DNA from: Ramazzottius varieornatus
Taxonomy: Eukaryota > Animalia > Tardigrada
Assembly (NCBI GenBank): GCA_001949185.1
Contig: BDGG01000001.1
Location: 6,968,325-7,032,324, forward strand
Direction of reading: 5' to 3'
Length of the DNA: 64,000 nt
Numbering within the stretch: position 1 is the stretch's first letter; every line of letters starts with the position of its first letter. Shown piece after piece: positions 50,429 to 61,531 of the stretch. The position numbers and the translations under genes are program-made. The notes below the pieces were generated by a model. It did no database searches, was not told the origin of the DNA, and saw only the letters and a program-made list of their open reading frames with translations.

Positions 50429-51079
50429 CCCGAAACCCCCTACCCTTTTCAAATTTTATCAGCTGTGCCTCTACACTATGACCCCAGAATTTTGAGGAAC
50501 CTTGCGTCCTTGCCCACTGCCCAAATTCAGGCTGTGCCCATATGATTCATCACTTTTCTCATATGAGTCACACCGATCTGGAGGTGTAGTGACTGCAGTC
50601 CGACAAAGCTTCAAACCGCCGTGCGTCACTTTTCTGGCTTTTCCGATTCTGCATCTATTCTCGCGCTTTCTTCCACGAAAGTTTCTCACTTCGTATGGAT
50701 CCTGCTCGGTAAAATAGTATTCCGAAATCGTAAAGGTTTTATCTTTGTCTCAGTCTCACGTGACGACGGAACTTCAGCTCCTCTGGGAACGTCTGTAGTC
50801 GACACTTTGAGGCCACCCTTCTCACGTTCCGTTGACGATCACAGATCCAGGTAAGATTTCTCTCCCAGCTTCGTAGACTGTGTTCTGACCGTGGAGAGCT
50901 TTCTCGTTATCTATAGTAGGCACCGTCTGATGTGAAGAAGAGGCTGTGAAGAGTGTCGAGTGTTTGTGATCGGAATATAAGTTTATTATGATCAATTGAT
51001 TTGCGTTAGAAGTCCTGTACGAACTCTCTAATGAGGGTACTTTGATTTTCCTTTACTCCTCTGTATGTTTTTTTCAGGC

Positions 51080-54027
51080 ATGGAGGGTGACCAGAACATT
51101 CCTCCGCCGGAAACCGCCGCGAGGGGACCATCCACAAGCAAACCCAAGGCGAAAGGTAGGTCTATCGATGTCTACCGTAGCGTCAGTTGATTTACCTAAT
51201 CAAGTGGGGTATCCGATACCATTTTCCCTTCTCTTCTCCCGACAGATGTTCCACCTCCCCCAGCAGCTCGAAACTCTCGTCAACCTCCAGGCGGACAGCC
51301 TGTATCCCGTGGTGCCTCGCGCGGAACTTCTGCCCATGTACAACCTCCACGCAACGCTCCGTTGACGAAGCCCGCTCGTCCTGTCGCTGCTCCTCGTGGC
51401 GTGTCGGCTGCTCCCACTGCCCGAGCTGCTCGGCTTCCAGCTGTTCCAGCCGTTCGCAACGCCACTTCTCGGGCTGTGTCGCAAGCCACAGGCAATACTT
51501 CAGTTGCTCGAAGACCAGCTCAAAAGGCCGCGGGAGTGGCGGTGGCTGCCAAACCAGCAGCTCGTTACATGAGTAAGGAACTCATCCTTTACAATTTAAA
51601 ATTCCTGATATCGTTCCTTGTTAATTTCTCTTCTTGTTTTTAAGGTTATACAATCTCCGCTGCTGCCCACAGTATCAAGTCACAGTCGAATGCAGCCATT
51701 CCTCGCCCGGCGGTAGCCGCTCTGCGGGTGACAGCACCGACTCGTGCTGTTCGTGCTCCTGTAAAGACCACTGCCGTCGCTGCTGCTGCTCCAAAGCCTC
51801 AACCAAAAGCTGCACCGAAGCCAGGTTTGTCTTTGAAGGTCTCCTGAGTATCTGAAAAATTCTCTAACATGAGAAAATTGCAGTACTCGTACCTCATTGG
51901 AACAATCCCGGAATGAACGGTGTTTGAATTGGCGCACGTTCCCCGCTAGTAACACAGAAAGCTGCGCCACTTGAAATGATGATCATTCCGAGACAGTTTG
52001 ATGGCCTTCCTTCCATCTAACGTTTTTAATCATTTCTGGGTTTTGTTCCAGCTCCAGCTGCTGCAGCTCCTTCTCGTCCAGCTGTTGGTCCCGCTGTTCG
52101 TCCTGTTGCCCGACCTACAAAGACCGGCGGACATTTGCAGTCCGTAGCCTCGATGAATGGTATCGATTTCGTCCGCGATTTGGTCGTTGGACTTTATCTC
52201 TTCGACTCTGATTGTTTTGTCGTTTGTTTCGTAGGACGAAACGGTCACGCAGTGCCGTTAACCAGCGGCCCTGAAGCTCTGCCTGCTCAGCCAGCAGCTT
52301 CTCAAGTCCATCGCGCTACGAAGACCCCTGCCGCAGAGTCTTCCAGTAGCCAGCCTGAACAGGCAGCGGTCGCTGAGGAGGGTGTTCTTCCGGCGAACCA
52401 GCCGACGTCGAACGAAGAGCAAGACCAACCTTCTTCCTCGTCTGATGTTCCTCTGCCGCCTTTGGTTGACTTCCACGCTGTCAAAGATGTCGGTGCTGCT
52501 GTGCGTCCTGGTAAGTTATCTTACTTTTTTCAAGATGCAAATTACAGTGGAAATTGAAGAATATTGTTCAGGTCGCGAATCCTTCGTTCCTAACCGTCCT
52601 CGCAACGAACAAATTCAGTACTTCCGGGACTTGATCAACAAGACTACGACTTACTTGACTGACAAGTCGAGCCAGTGGGAGAAGGTGTTGGACACACCGG
52701 CTGAAGCAGCTTCCATCAGCGAAGAAGGTAAATTGCCAGTGAAGTGTTTCACGATACTACCTGCGTTTTTTGTTCCGTAACTTGAAGCTTAGGAAGAAAA
52801 ATTCCAGTTTCGAGCCAAAAATTTCACAGTGACAGGCTTGACAAGTTTGCTTTTCTTAGGGGCGCACGTTTCCACTGTTATTGGCTGAATGCATGCGCCA
52901 CTTGTATTAATAGAAACGATTTTGTCGAGCTTTATTACGTTTGGAAGTGGCGCACGGCCTAGGTGTTATTAGCTGCTTGCGTGCGCGACTTGGGTAAACA
53001 ATCATGCCGAGTTTGTTAGCCGAGCTCTGATATGGTTTGGTGAGATTGTAGTTTAAGTCCCGCTTCTGTAGGCGTGGAGTTCATTCGTTTGGCCACCGGA
53101 CAATCGCGTCTCTTTATGGCACAGAAGCTCCAGCAGTTTGTGGGTTTGGTCGACGACTGCGAGTTCCATCGCGGAGAACGTGAGACTTCCCCATTGGACC
53201 TGGCTGGTTTCTGGGACATGATTAAGATGCAGGTATGATTACAAATCTTACTATAAAGGCTCTGCTAGTCGACGTTCTCTCTACCGTTTTCGATTATCGA
53301 TGGCCTCCCTGCAGGTCTCGGGAATAAAGGACAAGTTTGACCACATCGAAGCTCTGGCCGGAAACAAATGGGTGGCGCCCCCAAGCACCTCCACGGCCCA
53401 TGTTGAAAGAAAGTCAAAGAACGCTGGGAAGAAGAGCGTACTCAAGGTGAAGTTTTGTGAGTTAGAGATAGTCTTTTATCCGAGTATTAACAGGTGATCA
53501 GGTGGAAATGGATCGGAGCTCGGCAAACCAACATGTCAAGATTGTTTTTTCAAGTTGCGCACGTTTCCGGTGTTGTTAACAGTGACCGTGCGCCCCTTGA
53601 AAACGGTCTTGTCCAGGTCGTTTGCCTAGGTCTAAGTCATCAAATTGGACAGAAAATACAAGAAATACTTTGTTGATAATTTTTGTGGGTTTGTGGAATG
53701 ATGGCGGGTGTTTCTGTTTAGCCGGTTGACGCGAACATGAAACCAAACAGTACATCGTTGGGCAATACCGCCACTGTTCGGTCAAAGATGGCCGAAGTGA
53801 TCAAGCAGAAACGTCGAGAGCTGTCCGCTGGTACTTCCAGTGACCATCACGAGGCCGAAGCAGTTGTAGATGGTCCCGAAGCTCAGCGAGCCACAGAAGG
53901 TCCTGAAACGACCATCTACTTGGACGCCGAGACGAACAGCTATGCCAACGATGAGACGGTAATGGTCGTTGGACATGTTGTCGAAATTACCGAAATTCAG
54001 ATAGCTCCTGAAACAGTCTCGGCCTGA
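51080..54027 (+). CDS. DLGAP5: GKAP-homology-domain spindle protein (DLGAP5/HURP/Mars-like), multi-exon
   Basis: Basic Ala/Pro/Arg-rich N-terminus; IQYFRDLI..W..|GVEFIRLATGQSRLFMAQKLQQFVGLVDDCEFHRGERETSPLDLAGFWDMIKMQ|VSGIKDKF..W. Confidence 0.85.
51910..52000. repeat. Intronic palindromic element (DLGAP5 intron)
   Basis: TGGCGCAC-24-CTGCGCCACTTG. Confidence 0.85.
52835..53016. repeat. Tandem dimer of the intronic palindromic element (DLGAP5 intron)
   Basis: GGGGCGCAC-25-ATGCGCCACTTG and AAGTGGCGCAC..GTGCGCGACTTG. Confidence 0.9.
53521..53626. repeat. Intronic palindromic element (DLGAP5 intron)
   Basis: CAAGTTGCGCAC-25-GTGCGCCCCTTG with outer GGCAAAC/GTTTGCC. Confidence 0.85.
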
Positions 54028-54973
54028 GTATATCCAAGTATCTCTTTAAATCTGTGCAAAGGGCTTCCTCCATGCTGTTGTCTTTTGAGCCTTTCGAAGA
54101 AGCTTCCTTGAGTTCTCTCTCGTATCTCCTTGGATCGTAACGTGAAACATTTCGATGTTACATGTGTACGCGTAGCCTTTTCTCTCGAGCTGACGGATGT
54201 TTTTGAGTTTCTATCAGAAGCTTTGTCCTTTTTATTTTTACTATTTATACTGGAAAGCAGCGAAACAGTCTGCCCCCGCTGTCACCAAAGTTTAGAAAAA
54301 TAAATAAAAGTAGTTATGAAAATTGCGGAATTTATTCGTCAGCCAAGTTTCAACTGACAATATGATGATTCTCTCGGTTACTCAATCCGCTCGTCGGTGG
54401 CGCACTTGCCTTTATTGAGCTTTGTAGGCTGAGCTTTCGCTATCCGAAGCTGCACTTGCATCGATTTCGAACATGAACCCTGTCGAGTTCGAATGTACGC
54501 CAAAATCCGGCGGAAGTCACACCCTTTCCTCCATTCTGAGCCCAGCTGTTTCTGGTACGTACTGTACGAAGGGTACGGCTGACCGCGACTGCCTGTCGTA
54601 TCGCTGATCTCCGTCCTACTGCCTCAACTTGCCCAGCTCAATTTAGAACCTTAATGAGTTTTCCTCGCCAACTTTTACAGCACATAGTTTCTGTCCAGTA
54701 CGAGTACATCCGAGGAGCAGAAGGCCGAGAGAACGCCAGCAACAAACAACCCACAGACGCCCATAGAAGAAATTCCTTCCGTGATCGCTGAGAAAGAACA
54801 GACCTGAGCACAGTAAGTCGACTAGTCGAATGTTTCTGGTCACTGTGTAATACTTCCTTCTTCTTGTACCAGTCGCGTCAACCGCCTCATTCACGAACCC
54901 TTCTGCCCTTATTTGGATCTTGCCTTCTTTATTTTGCAGTTGTTGATTACCTTGCAAACGAGAACTTCCAACC

Positions 54974-57900
54974 ATGTCGGACGAAGAAGGAGGATGGCAA
55001 GAGTAAGTAGAAGTTACCCGACAAAATTGAGAAAATTCTCGAAAAAGTATTTGCCTTTTCAGAGATTGTTTTCCGAAATTTTATCTTGTTGTGTCGCAAA
55101 GTTTTTTCCGGAATTTTGAGTGTAATGAACCGAAAATTTTTCCATGAGTTGAAATTAACTTGTTTGATGATAGAGCTTTTCGGTTTGCGGTATTGAACTT
55201 CAATTTATATTTCGTGTCAAGTGTGCTGACATTTTTTCGTTGGTGTCATTTTTCCGTGCAAAGTTGAGTCGAGGGTTCTTCAAGCTTCGAAGACTCACGG
55301 CATCTGTCACTAAGCTATGTGCATAGAGAATTTGACCCGCGGAGAAGGGGTGGCGATCCCGCTGGCTCCTTGCAGTGTTGCCATATGGTGTCACAACGCT
55401 GTCTGTGGTGAATATGTGTAAATTGTCTCTTTGTATGTTTTTTAGGGAAGCTGATACCGAGTAAGTCGAGTCTAAACAACAGGAAGCTCTCTTCTCGCTC
55501 TCGTACGCCGCTGCCAGCGCCGCGCTCCATATATGCCGCCGCTCTTCTCGCGCCTCAACACAAGTCGCCACAGTGTGTCGTGCTTCGTAAAAGTGTGTAC
55601 TTGGGCATGCCTGCACGTCTTGTTTTGATATTGTCATAACATCAGACAAACCTGCTGTGACCTCACGCACAATATTCTGCGAGCTCGAATGGCTACAGTG
55701 TCATGAAACGTCGTTGGCTGCGCTGATCAAGCTCAGGGAAGCCTAACATCTGTGACGTAACCAAGAAATGTCGGCCCAGTTTGCCTGAGAAATGGTCGAC
55801 AAGTTGCTCACAATGGCAGGACCGTACCCTTGAAAATTTCTTCCTGTCCCGTAGCCGCTAATGAAGTCAAAAGTGCTCATTTTCAATGAAAGCATACCGA
55901 CACCCCACCCAACCAGCCTACACGCATTTTTTCGAAACACCCACGCATCTCTGCACCTGCTGACAGAAGCGGGCTGACCCGCAAGCGTAGTTTCCTGCTC
56001 GAAACTTTCCATTCTCAGGCCCCTCTGCACCAAGCTGGCAATGAGATTTCCAGAGCTAAGCACGATCCTTGCGGTTGTCGGGCGCAGAAGTTCTCTGGGA
56101 AATCCTGCACGCCCAGATACGCAGTCTTGTGGCTGTGCCAACCGAGCTAGCTAGCACGTTGAGCGAAAAATATCCCGGTTTCCCAATCCCAGAACAGTGC
56201 AGTCCCCAAAGAACAATTCAGAAATATTTTTGTGTATTTTACAGGAACAAGCAGCCGTACGTATACAATCCTACTTCCGGTTGGATACAAATAATTTATG
56301 TTCCCCCCGGAAAATGCCAACATCGAACCCTTTTACAGTTGTACTGAGGATTTTCGACGTGCATAGCTCAGTCTGAATGTCCCTAAAAATTTCAAATAAA
56401 AACAGACAACCTTTTGAACTTCTTGACGGAAGTTCTTCTCCGTACACACCAAAGCTCGACTCGACAGTATTACTTCTTACCCCACTAACCCCAACAGCAC
56501 TAGATAATGACCATAAATCGCAACGCGGTTCATGCATGATAATGAATCTTGTTACTGTGAACTGTCTTCGGGTTGTTCATGTCACTGATTCATGTTTTTT
56601 TTCTGTCCTTATTTCTGTTTAGGGAGGAGGAGAAGGTCAAGACCAAGTAAGTAAATTACCATATGAAAAACAATGTCATAAGTATGTTTTTCCACTGTGT
56701 ACGTAGTACCGTACTGTGAGGTCTTCCCCCTAGCAATCCCCCTCCCTTCTTCCCCTCCCCTGTCCCGTCCTGATTGTTTCATTCTCAGCTCAAGAACGAT
56801 TTTATGTAGTCTGTCCGACGAACATTCTGATTTCGCTGTACGATAGGTCGCATGGTGGTCATAACGAGCCAGCTGAAGAGAAGACCGAGGCTCAGTTGGT
56901 CATCGAAGAAAAGCAGCGCAAACATGCGGAAGAAGAGGCTACGCGTTTGCGCGAGTTGGAAGAGCAACGCCGCATGGACCGCGAACGTGAAGAGGAAGAA
57001 CTTCGCCGCTTGAAGGAGAAGCAGGTAAACCGAAACTTTGATTCTGAAAGGATTAAGCTTTTTTGAGTTTTGCCTTAAACGAGGAACCGACTTCCAGGCC
57101 CAGCGAAAGAAGGAACGAGAGGAGGAAGAAGCCAAGCTGGCCGAGCAGGCCCGCATCGCTGAAGAACAACGACGACACGAAGAGGTACGCTGTCAAATAT
57201 TAAACTAAATATTTGTGAGAAGTCGACTCAAAGTTTCTATCTTACCTGCAGGAAGAGCGTCGACAAGCCAAGGAGGAAGAAAAGAGACGCAAGCAAGAGG
57301 AAGCCGAGCGTCGCAAGGCTGCCGCTATCGCCGCTACCGCTGGTGGACGAAACTTCACCGTGGACAGACGTGAAGGAGAAAGTACTATGGACAAGGTACA
57401 GTATTACATGAAGATTTGCTACTGCTGTAATTCTCTGATAGTTTCCTTTTCGCTTGTAGTTCATGAACGTCTCCAAGGCCAAAACTGAAATGGCCCTCAA
57501 CACCAACGAACTGGAAGCATTGAAGCAGCGCACCATCGCTGATCGCGTCAAGCCACTGGCGCTTTCCGGCTTGGATGTCCCCCATCTCAAGCAGAAAGCC
57601 GAAGAGCTGTGGAAGCAAATCATCCAACTGGAAACTGCTCAGTATGACTTGAGCGAACGATCCAAGCGTCAAGAATACGACGTAAGCTACAATTTCCGGA
57701 TGTTCATCATCTCAAGCGACGCACTTTTGCGGTCGATAACAAGCACAACTGCGCCATTCGGGATAACGATCATCCCGAGATCGTTTGCCGACCTCTGAAA
57801 CTTTGCGCAGCATTCTTCTTGAAGACTCTTATAATATGTATCCAAATTTTCGATTTTTCTAGATCAAAGAATTGAACGAACGTCAGCGTCAGTCCAACCG

Positions 57901-58332
57901 TCAAAAGTACGTTGCGCAAGGTCTGGAAGCCGAGCAGAACACTCGTTATCCACCCAAGGTCCAGATTATCAGCAAGTATGAACGCCGAACTGATCGTCGC
58001 ACCTTCGGCGACCGTAAGGGCCTCTTCGATGGTGACAAGAAAGAAGAACAGAAAGAACTCATCAAACCCAAAGGTAAGCTAATTCCATCTCCCCAAATAA
58101 ACACCAGAGCTTTTCGGACTGTTTCACTGGAATACTTATCCGTTTAGCCGTCCGTCGCCAAGAGTGGATCAAGAAGAAGGAAGAAGAGCGCCAACGTGGC
58201 TCCACCTACGCGGCTGACGACGATCAGCACCAGGAATCCAGCAGCTACTCCTCCTCTCGCCACCAGGCACAAGAAGACCAAGAGAACCACGGAGCGGAGG
58301 CTGTTGAAGCTGGAGGAGACGAGGAAGAGTAA
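54974..58332 (+). CDS. TnT: Troponin T (invertebrate type), multi-exon with N-terminal microexons
   Basis: MSDEEG..; REREEEELRRLKEKQ; LKQKAEELWKQIIQLETAQYDLSERSKRQEYD|IKELNERQRQ; YPPKVQIISKYERRTDRRTFGDRKGLF; acidic tail. Confidence 0.95.
57690..57792. repeat. Intronic palindromic element, degenerate (troponin T intron)
   Basis: CAAGCGACGCAC..CTGCGCCATTCGGGATAACGATC..CGTTTGCCGA. Confidence 0.7.
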
Positions 58333-58898
58333 ACTGTTACAAGTTTTCTGTGCCTTGTACCGTAACTAGTATATATCCAGAGGAAGTGAGGCTGCTCGCG
58401 ATGTACCAACCGACTGACGATAAGTTTTCAAATATCATGACTGTGAAATGAACGCTATCCACTTGCCCATGCATGTTTGAGGGGAGTTTTCCACTTCTTC
58501 TTGTGGGACACATTAACCATTTTTCCCGTTGGTCGCAAGCGTAAAAGCAACCACCGTAAGAATGACGCAGGGACTTCTATGGATCTCTGTCTAAATGATG
58601 CACCCTACAAATACCGATACTTCAGTTTGCCGTCGAGACACTGATGGAAGATGCATACAATGATTTTTTTAGACAAAGTTCGCGGGGAACCCGCGAAGCA
58701 GAGTGCGCGGGCCGGTAGCCTGGTAGGCAGTAGAGTGCAATAATCGATGAGCCCAACGGCCCGCCAAGTGAGTTCCCATTTTGCGGTGCTTGGTCCCGGA
58801 ACCGCGAAACCATCCGGGCAGAAATTTACTCGCTCCACGGTTGTCTATCTACATGATTCCCCAGAAGGGCGTCGTAGTTAGCGACCAGGAGGTCCGGA

Positions 58899-60217
58899 TC
58901 ATACACTGTCTTCCAGGAGGTGTTGAACTTCAGCTAAGCTTCTTCGCGCAGCCGGACTTCGCAGAGCTGTTTTGCTGAGCTGGACAGACAATGACCGGAA
59001 CTCCTGCATCACGGCGTGCTGGGCTTGATCAATCCGCTCGTTTATAATTTTCAGCCTTCCTGTCGCAGCTTTCGATGGGGGACCGATAGAGGAACGTTTC
59101 GGGCTCGACTGTTCTCGGAATGCTTTGCACAGACAGGTATCTTTCATTGTCCTCATGAACAGCCGCCATCCGTCAGATTGATTTCTTTCTTGGTAGACTC
59201 GGTATCTTCTCACCACGAATGCCATGTACAGGATAGCGCAGCCGAAGAAGAGGATGCTGACGAAGATGCCCGTTCCGACAACCACAACGTCCAACATGTC
59301 TGGCGCGATAAGAGACGAACTGGGAAACTTCGATGGTGACGAATTGGGTGATTTTTTATGGCTGACGGGAACAGCCAAGTGCCTATTCTGGCAACGTCTT
59401 CCATAATATGGAGCCAGACATTCACAAGAGAATCCTGCACGACGTAAGACCTGATAAACACATAGTCCATAACCACGCTGTCCTACAAACCCTTGTCTTT
59501 GAACATTACCTACGGCAAGTGATTTCATCCAGATCGGTTAGGTCAAGTGGCGCACGTGTTCAGTAGTATTGGCTAACAGCGTGCGCCAGTTGGGAACACG
59601 ATCTTGTCAAGTTTGATTGTTTTGCAAGTGGCGCAGTTTCCAGTGTTATCGGCTGCGAGCGTGCGCCACTTAGGAAACCGAGCTGAGTGAATGCGGCTTC
59701 GCGGCTACCAGATACGGTAGTACAGCACCGTTGCAAGGTAATGCACCAATGTAACGTACCAGTGTATCTTAGCTCTCTTACCTTTGTCTGTAGAGTAGCA
59801 GACACCATGCGACCCGCAGGTATTGGGCGCGCACTCCGGCACCACTTCCTCGCAGTCCACTCCGCGAAATCCCAGCTCGCACTCGCAGGAGTAGTCTCGA
59901 TGGGCTCCGTGAACATTGTAGCAAAGTGCTCCGTTACGACAGGGATTGTCGCGACAGGTAAGCTTGTTGACACAGGCCGAACGAAGCATGATCTGGCCTA
60001 ATGGACAGTGACATGCGTAACTCCCGATGGTGTTCGAACAGGTGGCGCCCGGCGGACAAGCAAAGGCCAGCTGGCTCTCGCACTCGTCGATGTCGGCTTC
60101 GCAGTGTCGTCCATGGAATCCCGCTGGACATAAACACTTGTACTCGCTCTCCTGGGGACCGAAAGTCACACAGGTACCTCCATTTGAGCAGTGAGCACAT
60201 GGGATAGTTTCAGACAT
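58899..60217 (-). CDS. EGF-repeat single-pass membrane protein (5' exon/signal peptide not resolved)
   Basis: CSNGGTC..CLCPAGFHGRHCEADIDEC, CRDNPCRNGALC..CECELGFRGVDCE, CECLAPYYGRRC; TM VVVVGTGIFVSILFFGCAILYMAFVV followed by RRYR. Confidence 0.85.
59520..59680. repeat. Tandem dimer of the intronic palindromic element (EGF gene intron)
   Basis: CAAGTGGCGCAC-25-GTGCGCCAGTTG and CAAGTGGCGCAG..GTGCGCCACTT. Confidence 0.9.
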
Positions 60218-61531
60218 GCTGATGAGGTGTCAGTTTCCTCGTCGTTGGCTGAAAACGAAGGTACTCGAATTAGAATGATGAGATTTAGTCGCTTTCGTGA
60301 AAATTTGATCCAATGATTCGTATGCAAACCAAAAAATCAAATTCGCGTAGATTAGCAACAATCCACGGCTTTGTGGCCATGGCGAAGACGTGGCCGAGCA
60401 GGTCAGCAGGATTATCTTGGCTTTTTAGGACGATCTGTTCCTGCGAGATCCGTAGTGAAAATCCCTGAGAGAATTGGTCCTAATCTTGAACACACGCGTA
60501 CCAAGAATCTAACCCTGCACTGCGTAGAATCCGGCCAGTTTTTCCACATTAGTTGGTTAGTGCATGTAGCTTACGGAATACGTCTGTCGCACATTGTGCT
60601 GACCACCAGTACAGGGTAGATGTTTTGCACCGCAGGACCTGGAATTAAGAAACTGTAGCGGTACCAGGTAGTTCAATTCGACGGGTGATGTCCGTTCGTT
60701 CAGGAGTCGCAGATGGTAGTCGTGTTCCGATGGAGCGATCGATCACCAATAGACAATAGTTGTACTTTAGTTTCGTGGTCAGATGTACTGCTGGTATATA
60801 TGGCGAGAACCCTGTGTAGGGTCTTCTTCTTCTCGAGTGTGGGTGCGTGTCCACGTGGACACGCCCTTCTCCCTCGTATGACGATGCATAATCGCTTGGG
60901 CTTAAATTGTCTGAACGTCGAAATGCCAGCAGATGTAATCCTTCTACTAATAATGAGGCGTGAAACAGCAGGGGCCACTAAGCGAAGTGCGAGACCTCCC
61001 TCTGCAAAAGTACGTACTGGTCTTGTGACAGGTTCAACCGGCGGAAATCTGTGAAGCAATGATCATGACGTCAAGTTACCAGCAGATATATGACAAGTTT
61101 ATACAGTGCGATTTGTTACAGTCGACACTTCCGATTAACTTTTTGATCTGTCCATTTACTCATTAAGCACGCGTACACACGTTTCTGGACGTTACCCTTT
61201 AACCACCCATTGTACGAATAGAGACATTTAGATCGTCTGTTTGCATACAGACTTTTTGGCGTCTTCCGACTGGTGCGGGTGTATGACGTCAACTGATTTT
61301 CATAACCTGGAAGAGCGTGTTGCACCTGTTTTAGCAGTCCATATCAGAAACGTCTGTATCAGATCCTGGATTGCCACTCCTTGTTTCATCCTTCCCAGCG
61401 GAATTCAGATCCTAATCAAGTAACACAGGATTTACTGCAATGCGTGGATGATCGAGCGTCCGTAATTTCCCAATGGAGTCATTTGGAAGTCGGTGATTGC
61501 GATCCAAGTTCTTTGATTATTCTCTGTCAAG

